Below are positions 45,529 through 53,874 of a DNA stretch of 64,000 nt, in pieces. The stretch is taken from contig JAAEQR010000072.1 of NCBI GenBank assembly GCA_024231215.1, positions 65,210 to 129,209 on the forward strand. Reading direction: 5' to 3'. How positions within the stretch are numbered: the stretch's first letter is position 1; each line of letters begins with the position of its first letter. Source of the DNA: PVC group bacterium (lineage in GTDB: Bacteria; Omnitrophota; Gorgyraeia; B26-G9). The notes under the pieces were generated by a model that ran no database searches, was not told the origin of the DNA, and saw only the letters and a list, made by a program, of their open reading frames with translations. The translations under genes and the position numbers were made by a program.

Positions 45529-47086
45529 TTCGCTAATCCAAATACAATTTAGCCGTGTTATTCACGCGAAGAAATGGAAAGTTATTCGTACACTTACCCG
45601 TGTCTGGGAATTACCCCGCCTTGTGCATAGTATCAAAGAAGTAACGGTACTACAAAGAAGCAAGCGTACTCTGAAGACTAAATGGCATATTGAGGTAAAC
45701 AATGTTCCTATTTCCTGGATTGAGGAGGAAACCTTGTGCTTACAAGAGAACCGGATTTGCTTTCGTGCTGTAGAAGGTGATCTAACTAATTTTTCCGGTG
45801 AGTGGAATTTTCAAGATCATCCGGAAGGGACGCAGGTGTCTCTTAGTGCGAAAGTTCGTTTTGATATTCCGGCAATAGGGCAAGTGAGCGGCCCTTTTAT
45901 TCAACAGCTGTTAACCCGAAACTTTGAAGCAATAATGGATGCTTTTGAACGGCGATTGGTTTCTCTTAGATATTCCGGGTATAAGAAAGGAGATACAAGT
46001 CAACTAGCTGGTTTTGGGGTAATTGGCCACTTATATAATTTTAATCATCTAGAAAAATGTTTGAAAATGTTACAGCCTGATTTTGTAATGCCTTCAAAAG
46101 AATTTTTAAGCCAGCTTTTTTATATCACTCCGTCTTTTAAACTATACGATATTCTGAATTTCAAATCAAAAACAGGCCAAAGCGTTAATGGTTGTTTTAT
46201 TGTGGCTACGTTTATCCCTGAAATGATAGACAAAGATATCTGGGCAGTCTATTCGAAAGTTATAAAAGCTTGTAAGGTTGCGGAAAAGCATGGGACGGGT
46301 ATTGTCGCTCTGGGTGGATTTACTTCGATTGTTGGGGAACGTGTTAGTCAGCAGATGAATGATGATGTTGATGTCCCGGTTACTACCGGCAATGCGTTTA
46401 CTGCAGCAATGACTATTGCCGGAATAGAAAAAGCGGTTTGTCGAATGGAAAAGAATTTGAATCAGATGACCTTAACGATTGTGGGAGGGACTGGAGATAT
46501 CGGTAGTGCCTGTGCTCGTGTTTTTGCTAGTCGTGTAAAAAAATTGATTTTAACGGGCCGGACCAAGGGGCATCTGCGTAATCTGCGCAATGAATTAACC
46601 AAAAATGGATCAGCTCGTGTCATAGAGACTACGGACAATCAATCTGCAGTTAAAGAAGCAGATGTTGTTATAGCTGCGGCAAGTGCTTCAGCGTCTATTC
46701 TTGATATTAACTGGTTTAAACCCGGGGCGATTATCTGTGATGTGGGTTATCCTAAAAATGTTTCTTATAGGTTTAACTCCCGGGAGGATATCTTTGTTTT
46801 TTCCGGAGGGCTTACGAAATCCCCGACACAACTTCAATTACCGATCGATGTGGGATTGCCGAGTCCTGAAACTATTTACGGGTGCTTTGCCGAGGCGATT
46901 ATCCTGGCTTTGGAAAAAAGGTATGAACAGTTTAGCTTTGGCCGGGGCAATATCACAGCGGAAAAGATTGAAGAGATTAGGCTGCTAGGGGCAAAACATG
47001 GATTTGAAACAGCTGATTTTTTCTGGGGACACCAGGCAATTGATGAATCAATGATTGAAAGAATTAAAAAAGCGGCGTATGTTTAA
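45518..47086 (+). CDS. SRPBCC (polyketide cyclase/START-like) domain fused to acyl-ACP reductase (cyanobacterial AAR-like, fatty-aldehyde forming)
   Basis: aa 165-522 align motif-for-motif with cyanobacterial acyl-ACP reductase: FGVIGHL, ALGGFTSIVGE, TTGNAFTA, IVGGTGDIGSACARVF (Rossmann), LILTGRT, DVGYPKN, YGCFAEAIILALE, SFGRGNITAEKIEEIRLLGAKHGFE. aa 1-150 form a Bet v1/SRPBCC-like lipid-binding fold region. Confidence 0.75.
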   Translation: MNDDSLIQIQFSRVIHAKKWKVIRTLTRVWELPRLVHSIKEVTVLQRSKRTLKTKWHIEVNNVPISWIEEETLCLQENRICFRAVEGDLTNFSGEWNFQDHPEGTQVSLSAKVRFDIPAIGQVSGPFIQQLLTRNFEAIMDAFERRLVSLRYSGYKKGDTSQLAGFGVIGHLYNFNHLEKCLKMLQPDFVMPSKEFLSQLFYITPSFKLYDILNFKSKTGQSVNGCFIVATFIPEMIDKDIWAVYSKVIKACKVAEKHGTGIVALGGFTSIVGERVSQQMNDDVDVPVTTGNAFTAAMTIAGIEKAVCRMEKNLNQMTLTIVGGTGDIGSACARVFASRVKKLILTGRTKGHLRNLRNELTKNGSARVIETTDNQSAVKEADVVIAAASASASILDINWFKPGAIICDVGYPKNVSYRFNSREDIFVFSGGLTKSPTQLQLPIDVGLPSPETIYGCFAEAIILALEKRYEQFSFGRGNITAEKIEEIRLLGAKHGFETADFFWGHQAIDESMIERIKKAAYV

Positions 47087-49268
47087 TCAATTATTCTCCT
47101 TATCCAATTATTATTTAAATCCGTTTGCAATGCCGGTATTTCTGGTAAGTATAACTATTTTTTTTATTGGATCGGTTGTATTATTCCAGAACAGGCGGTC
47201 GCTTATTAATATATCTTTCTTTTTAAAATGTTTTAGCGCTGGATTTTGGTTATTTACAGCTTCGATTGTGTATTGTTGTTTGAATGAGGCAGTAGCACAT
47301 ACATTGTATAAATATTTTACTTTTCTCGGTGTTGTTAGCATTGGTCCGAGTCTGTACTTTTTCTCCGTATGCTGGTCTAATGTTGCCAAGCGTCAGAAAT
47401 ATATGATCCCGTTGGTATACATAGCTTTTTATGTTCTTTATGGAGTAACTGTAACTACGGATGTATTTATCCTGCCGGGTATGCGGAAATATTTCTGGGG
47501 GTTGTATCCGATTTATGGGCAGGCAATGGGTGTATTCGTGATAATGTTTACGACTACATATTTACTTTCTTTCATGAATACATTTAATGCGTATCACAGG
47601 GAAACAATTCCGATTAAGAAAAGACAAAAAGGAATTATTGCGTTTGTTCTCGCCTTAGGATATCTGGGATCAATTGATTTTATTTCAAAGTTTTTTGATT
47701 ATACGGTTTTTCCTGTCGGATATCTCGCTATTTTTGTCTATATTTCTCTTGTTGCTTATTCAATTGTGCGCTATCGTGCTTTTGATATTGAAACAGTAAT
47801 ACATAAGACAGCTTTATGGGTTTTGTCTTTTTCTTTTGTTGTTATTCCGGTATTTTTTCTTTACGACTGGTTATTGTCGCATATTGAATTGAAGATTATT
47901 AAATTCGCTTTATGGACTGCGACTTTTCTGATTTTTGCTTTATATCTGCGTGTAGTTCAGCCAAAAATAGACCATATATTTCAACGTCGCAGAGCTGATT
48001 TAGAAATTATTTCCAGAATGTTTATCGAAGAACTGGTGCATTTAAAAGGCCTGAATAATCTTTTGCGTTTGATAAAAGATACGATTGCGGATGTTTTGTA
48101 TTCTCAACAGGTAGATATATTTATTTACAATCAGGAGCGAAAGATTTTTGATTTATTTAACCAGATAAGCGAGGCTAAGCAGAGAGCTTTTCTTAAGGAC
48201 GATGACCGGTTTTTAGAATGGCTGACTAAAAACAACAGAATAGCATATAAAGAGTTTATTTATTTAGATCCCCAATACGCGAAAATAAGACAAGCCGCGA
48301 AGAAATATTTTGCGCTTAATGATGCGGTTTTAGTTATTCCTTTAATTGCAGACGGAAAACTGCTTGGGGTGATTAATTTAGGAAAGAAGGCAAACTTAAA
48401 ACGTTACACGGCAATGGAGTTTAATTTTTTGAATACTTTAAAAAACGAATCAGCTATAGCTATTTCTAATTCTCTTTTATATGAGAATATGGAAGATCAA
48501 GTCAGGCAGCGTTCAAAAGAATTGTTGGAAATGCAGAAACAGCTGGTGCAGGCAGAAAAGTTAGCTACTGTCGGTACTTTAGCCGGTGGGGTAGCACATG
48601 AAATAAATAATCCGCTGGCGGCTATATTGACCAATGTGCAAATGCTTTTGCATTCGGCTGAGATTGCCGATCCATCGGATAAGGAGTCGCTTGAACTTAT
48701 TGAAGAGGCGACGCAACGCTGTCGGGTTATTGTGAAGAAACTAATGGTTTATGCCCGGAAGCCATTGCATTCTTCAGAAATCTCCCGGATAAACCTGTCT
48801 GCAGTGGTGAATAATGTTATTTCATTTCTTGAATATCAATTAACTCAGGAGAATATTGCTGTGGTTATTGATATTCAAGACCTTGGATGTGTTATAAAAG
48901 GTAATCAGAATGAACTAGAGCAGGTAGTTACGAATATGATCCTGAACGCAAAAGATGCTATTAAAAAGGTTAAAAGGGGTGGTACAATAGAAATGTCTTT
49001 AGTTACGAAAGGTAGATGGGTTTGCCTTGAGATTAAAGACGAAGGAGAGGGAATACCCCAGGAAATAAAATCAAAGATATTTGATCCATTTTTTACGACT
49101 AAAGATGTCGGGAAAGGGTTAGGGCTTGGGCTTTCTATTTGTCAGTCTATTATCGAACGTCACGATGGGGTGATTACGGTGGATTCAGAGCCGAACAAGG
49201 GGGCGGTTTTCACGATAAATCTGATTAGAGCAGAAGCAACAGATAAAATTACAAAAAATAAATCTTGA
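47055..49268 (+). CDS. sensor histidine kinase with N-terminal multi-TM (7-8 TM) sensor, GAF-like region, HisKA and HATPase_c
   Basis: H-box VAHEINNPLAAIL, N/G boxes (MILNAKDAI; DEGEGIP; GKGLGLGLSI). Paralog of the HK at 53875-56064. Confidence 0.8.
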   Translation: MKELKKRRMFNQLFSLSNYYLNPFAMPVFLVSITIFFIGSVVLFQNRRSLINISFFLKCFSAGFWLFTASIVYCCLNEAVAHTLYKYFTFLGVVSIGPSLYFFSVCWSNVAKRQKYMIPLVYIAFYVLYGVTVTTDVFILPGMRKYFWGLYPIYGQAMGVFVIMFTTTYLLSFMNTFNAYHRETIPIKKRQKGIIAFVLALGYLGSIDFISKFFDYTVFPVGYLAIFVYISLVAYSIVRYRAFDIETVIHKTALWVLSFSFVVIPVFFLYDWLLSHIELKIIKFALWTATFLIFALYLRVVQPKIDHIFQRRRADLEIISRMFIEELVHLKGLNNLLRLIKDTIADVLYSQQVDIFIYNQERKIFDLFNQISEAKQRAFLKDDDRFLEWLTKNNRIAYKEFIYLDPQYAKIRQAAKKYFALNDAVLVIPLIADGKLLGVINLGKKANLKRYTAMEFNFLNTLKNESAIAISNSLLYENMEDQVRQRSKELLEMQKQLVQAEKLATVGTLAGGVAHEINNPLAAILTNVQMLLHSAEIADPSDKESLELIEEATQRCRVIVKKLMVYARKPLHSSEISRINLSAVVNNVISFLEYQLTQENIAVVIDIQDLGCVIKGNQNELEQVVTNMILNAKDAIKKVKRGGTIEMSLVTKGRWVCLEIKDEGEGIPQEIKSKIFDPFFTTKDVGKGLGLGLSICQSIIERHDGVITVDSEPNKGAVFTINLIRAEATDKITKNKS

Positions 49269-49360
49269 GGGTCGATTTGTTCAGCCTGGATATTTCATGA
49301 ATTATTTAGGCTATGGAAAGGAACGGATTTTCACGGGGATGATGTAGGGAGGAACCTAAG

Positions 49361-49747
49361 ATGAAGGGCCGGATTTTAATTATTGATGATGAGGTGATTA
49401 TCACCAAAAGTCTGCAGAAACTTCTCTTAAAACAGAAGTTTGAAGTTATTGTTGCTAATAATGGGACAGAGGCGATGCAGGCAGTACAAAATGAAAAAAT
49501 TGATTTAATTGTCTGTGATGTGATGATTCCGGAAATGGACGGGATTGAGATCATAAAGCTAATAAGAGAATATCTTACCCAACAAGCAAAACCCCTGATC
49601 CCAGAAATATTGATTACCGGTTATGCGGATGAGGAAAAGTATAAGAGTGCGGTAGATTTAAAAGTTGCGGACTACCTGTATAAACCTTTTGATACGAGTG
49701 AATTCCTGGAGGTTATTGAAAAGAATTTAAATGGTGTTAAAAGATAA
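49361..49747 (+). CDS. stand-alone CheY-like response regulator receiver
   Basis: ILIIDDE...DLIVCDVMIPEMDG (phospho-acceptor Asp), conserved T/K positions. RBS GGGAGGAA. Confidence 0.8.
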   Translation: MKGRILIIDDEVIITKSLQKLLLKQKFEVIVANNGTEAMQAVQNEKIDLIVCDVMIPEMDGIEIIKLIREYLTQQAKPLIPEILITGYADEEKYKSAVDLKVADYLYKPFDTSEFLEVIEKNLNGVKR

Positions 49748-49759
49748 GGACAGATTGCA

Positions 49760-50992
49760 ATGGAGAAAAAGCGGGTAGTGATTACAGGAATCGGTGTTAT
49801 TGCGCCAAACGGGATGGGCAAAGATGCGTTTTGGCAGGCATTAAAAAAGGGCAAGTCCGGGATTAAAGAGCCAACGCTTATAGATGTAACTTATTTTAAA
49901 AATAAATTAGCTGGTGAATGCAGTGATTTTGATGCGGAAACATTTTTAGGTAAAAAAGGTTTGCGTAATTTAGACCGGAGTACAAAACTTGTTTGCTCTG
50001 CGGCAAAAATGGCTTTAGAGGATGCTTCTTTTGAAATGACTGATGATAATAGTGACGATGTTGGAGTGGTGACCGCAACGACTTTGTCTATCAGTGCGGA
50101 TATTGCTAAGTTCAGCAAAGAAATAGCAGATGAAGGATTTAAGTTTACTAATCCGGCGTTATTTCCTCCGACAACAATGAATTTCCCTTCCAGTCAGATT
50201 TCTATCAGGAATAAAATAAAAGGGTTTAATACCACGGTGGCCTCAGGATATACTGCAGGCTTAGATGCTCTTAAATACGCGGTAAATTTTATAAGCTTAG
50301 GAAGGACAAAAGCAGTATTGGTAGCCGGGGTAGAAAGCCTCGTCTTTTCTAATTACGTAGGGTTTTCTAAGGTTGGGTTTCTGGCCGGAGCAAAAGGTCC
50401 GGAACTATCCTGTCCTTTTGATAGCCGACATAACGGAATTATTCTTGGGGAAGGGACAGCGGCTTTATTAGTTGAATCTGAAGATAGTGCTTTAGAACGC
50501 AATGCGCGGATTTACGGAGAAGTGTTGGGGGTAAAGACATTTTTTGACGCGTATAAGCCGGCAAAATATGACCCTAAGGTTCGAGGTTTAAAACAGAGTA
50601 TGACTAAGGCTTTGGAGAGTTCTGGTTTGAGTGAAGAAGATATTGATTATATTTGTGCTTCGGCAAATTCTGTGGAAGAACAGGATAAATTAGAGACTCT
50701 AGCTATAAAAAATGTATTTGGTCTTTACGCAGAAAATATCCCCGTGAGTTCTATAAAGTCTATGATTGGAGAAAGCATTAGTGCTAATGGAGTACTGCAG
50801 ATCGCGGCAAGCCTAGGGGCAATCAACGAAAGTTTCATTCCTCCGACGATTAATTATGAGAATCCTGATCCGGAGTGTGATTTAGATTATGTGCCCAATA
50901 CTTTCCGAAAACAAACCGTAAATAATGTGTTAATTAATAATTTCGGTCCGGGAGGCAATAACGCAGCAGCAGTGATTGCTAAATATGATTAA
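49760..50992 (+). CDS. ketosynthase-like protein lacking the Cys-His-His triad (chain-length-factor-like KS partner)
   Basis: Thiolase/KAS fold throughout, but the active-site Cys position reads TTVASGYTAG and the His motifs read CASANS / GESISANG. Confidence 0.7.
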   Translation: MEKKRVVITGIGVIAPNGMGKDAFWQALKKGKSGIKEPTLIDVTYFKNKLAGECSDFDAETFLGKKGLRNLDRSTKLVCSAAKMALEDASFEMTDDNSDDVGVVTATTLSISADIAKFSKEIADEGFKFTNPALFPPTTMNFPSSQISIRNKIKGFNTTVASGYTAGLDALKYAVNFISLGRTKAVLVAGVESLVFSNYVGFSKVGFLAGAKGPELSCPFDSRHNGIILGEGTAALLVESEDSALERNARIYGEVLGVKTFFDAYKPAKYDPKVRGLKQSMTKALESSGLSEEDIDYICASANSVEEQDKLETLAIKNVFGLYAENIPVSSIKSMIGESISANGVLQIAASLGAINESFIPPTINYENPDPECDLDYVPNTFRKQTVNNVLINNFGPGGNNAAAVIAKYD

Positions 50993-51021
50993 TGAGAAAG
51001 GTTATTTGAGAAAGGTTATTA

Positions 51022-52230
51022 ATGAATAAAAAACGCAGGGTGGTTGCAACAGGACTTGGAGTGATATCCTCGGTTGGCATTGGCAAAGACGCGTTTTGGA
51101 AAAGTGTAACCAGCGGGACTTCCGGAATTACGGAAATTACTTCAGTTGACACCACAGAGTTTAACTGCCATTACGGTGGAGAAGTTAAAAAATTTAACCC
51201 TGAAGAATTTATTCCCAAAAGAAAAGTTCCTTTTTTAGGTAAAACTTCGCAATTAGCATTATCTGCGGCATCACTTGCATTAAAAGATGCTGGATTTTCT
51301 GAAAAGAAAGTTCCTTCTCAAAAGTTTGGGGTGATTATCGGGACTACTGTTGGCGAAAGACCTTTAGAAGAATTGGTGCAGGCTTGGGCCAGAGGCGGGT
51401 TAAAAGAGGTAGATCGAGGAAGGGTTTTTCAGGCTTCGGTGAATAATATTTCGGCTAATGTTGGGATTCATTTTAAAGCCATGGGGTTGAATCATGTGTT
51501 TCCGACAGCTTGTGCTGCCGGTAATTATTGTATTGGCTATGGGATGGATTTAATCCAGAGCGGTGATTTGAATTTTGTTCTAGTCGGAGGTGCGGAAGCA
51601 TTTTCACGGGTGGCTTATGTCGGATTCCAAAGGCTTTACGCAATGTCTCCGGATAAATGCCGGCCGTTTGATAAAAACAGAAAAGGGATGCAGTTAGGAG
51701 AAGGCTCGGGTGTTTTGCTTTTAGAATCAATGGAGTCTGCTATAAAACGAAAAGCACATATTTACGCGGAAGTTTTAGGCTACGGTCTTTCCTGTGATGC
51801 TTATCATGCTACAGCTCCGGATACACAAGGTATTGCTAAAGCCATGGGCAAGGCTTTAAAAGATGCGGATACATTACCCGAAGATATAGATTATATTTGC
51901 ACACATGGAACCGGTACTCCGATGAACGACAGAATAGAAACTGCGGCAATAAAAGAAGTGTTCAAAGATAAAAGTAAGGATCTTGTGATTAATTCTCTGA
52001 AATCCATGCTTGGGCATACCATGGGTGCGGCTTCGGCAATTGAAGCAGCGGCGTGTTGTATGGCATTGGAAGATGGGATAATTCCTCCGACAATCAACTA
52101 CGATGAATCCGATCCTGAATGTGATTTAGATTGTGTACCGAACAAAGCAAAAAAGAAGAAAATAAAAGTAGCTTTAAATAACGGGTTTGCCTTTGGCGGC
52201 AATAACTGTAGTGTGGTGTTTGGAAAATGA
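51022..52230 (+). CDS. beta-ketoacyl-[ACP] synthase (FabF/FabB-like), catalytically complete
   Basis: Active Cys in PTACAAGNY (codon at 51511-51513), His motifs CTHGTGTP and SMLGHTMGAAS, C-terminal NxFGFGGxN. Confidence 0.8.
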   Translation: MNKKRRVVATGLGVISSVGIGKDAFWKSVTSGTSGITEITSVDTTEFNCHYGGEVKKFNPEEFIPKRKVPFLGKTSQLALSAASLALKDAGFSEKKVPSQKFGVIIGTTVGERPLEELVQAWARGGLKEVDRGRVFQASVNNISANVGIHFKAMGLNHVFPTACAAGNYCIGYGMDLIQSGDLNFVLVGGAEAFSRVAYVGFQRLYAMSPDKCRPFDKNRKGMQLGEGSGVLLLESMESAIKRKAHIYAEVLGYGLSCDAYHATAPDTQGIAKAMGKALKDADTLPEDIDYICTHGTGTPMNDRIETAAIKEVFKDKSKDLVINSLKSMLGHTMGAASAIEAAACCMALEDGIIPPTINYDESDPECDLDCVPNKAKKKKIKVALNNGFAFGGNNCSVVFGK

Positions 52231-53270
52231 GTGAAATAGATCAGAAAATTAGTAGTTTGTTGAAAAAATACAAAGTTTCTGCAAAAGATAAAAAAGTGAT
52301 TGATTCTTTTGTTAAGCAAGCAATAGAGTATATTGCTTGCTTTCAGCAATTTGAGCAAAAAATAAAAGGCAAGCCCTATAAAAAATCACTCCAAAGAATA
52401 TTTGATAAAGAACAGAACAAATTAATTACCACGTTATATACGGTTGATCGAAAAATTAAATCTTCCGGCGTTAAATTTAAAATGAGGGCATTATTTAGAG
52501 AGATAGGAAAAAAATATATTTTCAAATCAGGAATAGCAAAACGCATTTATGATCGTCCCCAAGGTTATCCTGGGGATTTTTTAACATTCGAAATATTCTA
52601 TGACAACAAACCGATATCTAAAGGCGCAGGAGAATATTTAGATGTCTGGGCATTAAGACACGTGCTATCTTTAGCAGCTACGTATAGGAAAAACAACATG
52701 CAGGAGATATTGAAAAAGATCATTAGTGGAAAACGTAAAAAAATAAAGATATTAAACGTAGGTTGTGGTTCGTCCAGGGAAATTCGTGATTTATTGACCG
52801 AAAATATGAATCTTAGCAAAAAGCTTTCGATTATCTGTTTAGATCAGGATAAAGATGCATTAAATTATTCAAAAAAATGTATTAAAGCCTTGGGGAATGA
52901 TATAGATGTTAAGTTTTTGCAGGAGGATATTTTATCTCTAATTGGGGTAAGCAAGAAACAATTATTAATAGGTCGACAGGATATAATTTATAGTTTAGGG
53001 GTTGCAGATTACTTTTTAAAAACAGCTTTGGGTAATTTTATAAAATTTTGTTATAGTAGATTAAATCCAGGAGGAAAACTTATAATTGCTTTTTGTAGTT
53101 CGCATAATCCTAAATTATATGTTCATTTGCGATGGTTTTGCGAATGGAACTTTTTCATTAATGATGCGAAAAAAATACGTGATTTTATAGTTAAAGATTT
53201 GGGGATTAAGAAAACTAAGATTGTGTGGGAAAAGCCAAAACCTGTTTTTCTCGCATTAATGGAGAAGTAG
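52227..53270 (+). CDS. class I SAM-dependent methyltransferase with ~150-aa N-terminal extension
   Basis: ILNVGCGSSREIRDL (motif I), acidic motif II (LDQD), YSLGVADYF. Start overlaps the KS stop (ATGA). Confidence 0.65.
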   Translation: MSEIDQKISSLLKKYKVSAKDKKVIDSFVKQAIEYIACFQQFEQKIKGKPYKKSLQRIFDKEQNKLITTLYTVDRKIKSSGVKFKMRALFREIGKKYIFKSGIAKRIYDRPQGYPGDFLTFEIFYDNKPISKGAGEYLDVWALRHVLSLAATYRKNNMQEILKKIISGKRKKIKILNVGCGSSREIRDLLTENMNLSKKLSIICLDQDKDALNYSKKCIKALGNDIDVKFLQEDILSLIGVSKKQLLIGRQDIIYSLGVADYFLKTALGNFIKFCYSRLNPGGKLIIAFCSSHNPKLYVHLRWFCEWNFFINDAKKIRDFIVKDLGIKKTKIVWEKPKPVFLALMEK

Positions 53271-53271
53271 T

Positions 53272-53865
53272 ATGGATTTTTTATGTATGATAAAAAATAG
53301 AGCAGTTACAAGGAGATATGAGGATAAATCAGTTCCTGTTGAAATTGTTGAAAAGATTATTGATTCAGGTGTATGGTCTTCATCAATACACGGTTTTCAA
53401 CCATGGAAATTTATGGTTATAAATGGTAAGGATAAAATTAAAAAAATATCAGAGATTGTTTCTGATGTGCCAGTAGATATAGCTGGTGATAGTATGGGGA
53501 AATTGGTGAATTTTTCAGCAAGGGTTATTGCCGATGCGCCTTTATTGATTATGGTGTATAATACAAAAGCATTTACTAATGCTGCTGGTAAATTTTTTAA
53601 AATCAATCGGGAATATATAGAAATAGCACAAATGACAGAAATTGAAGGTATCTCCGGAGCGATTCAAAATATGATAATGATGGCGGAAAGCTTAGGAGTT
53701 GGGAGTTGTTGGTTAACTACTCCTTTGTTTTGCGAAAGCAAAATAAACGATTTTTTAAATATTACAGATAGGTTAGTTGCAGTAATAACATTTGGTTACT
53801 CGATGCAGAAAGAAGTTCGTTCTCCCCGAAAGAATGTTGAGACCAAAGTTAATTACGTGCGATAA
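53272..53865 (+). CDS. nitroreductase-family (FMN-dependent NAD(P)H oxidoreductase) protein
   Basis: RAVTRRYEDKSVP N-terminal motif. ~200 aa. Conserved GxxSCW-like region (GVGSCWLT). Confidence 0.6.
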   Translation: MDFLCMIKNRAVTRRYEDKSVPVEIVEKIIDSGVWSSSIHGFQPWKFMVINGKDKIKKISEIVSDVPVDIAGDSMGKLVNFSARVIADAPLLIMVYNTKAFTNAAGKFFKINREYIEIAQMTEIEGISGAIQNMIMMAESLGVGSCWLTTPLFCESKINDFLNITDRLVAVITFGYSMQKEVRSPRKNVETKVNYVR

Positions 53866-53874
53866 AATTTTATT

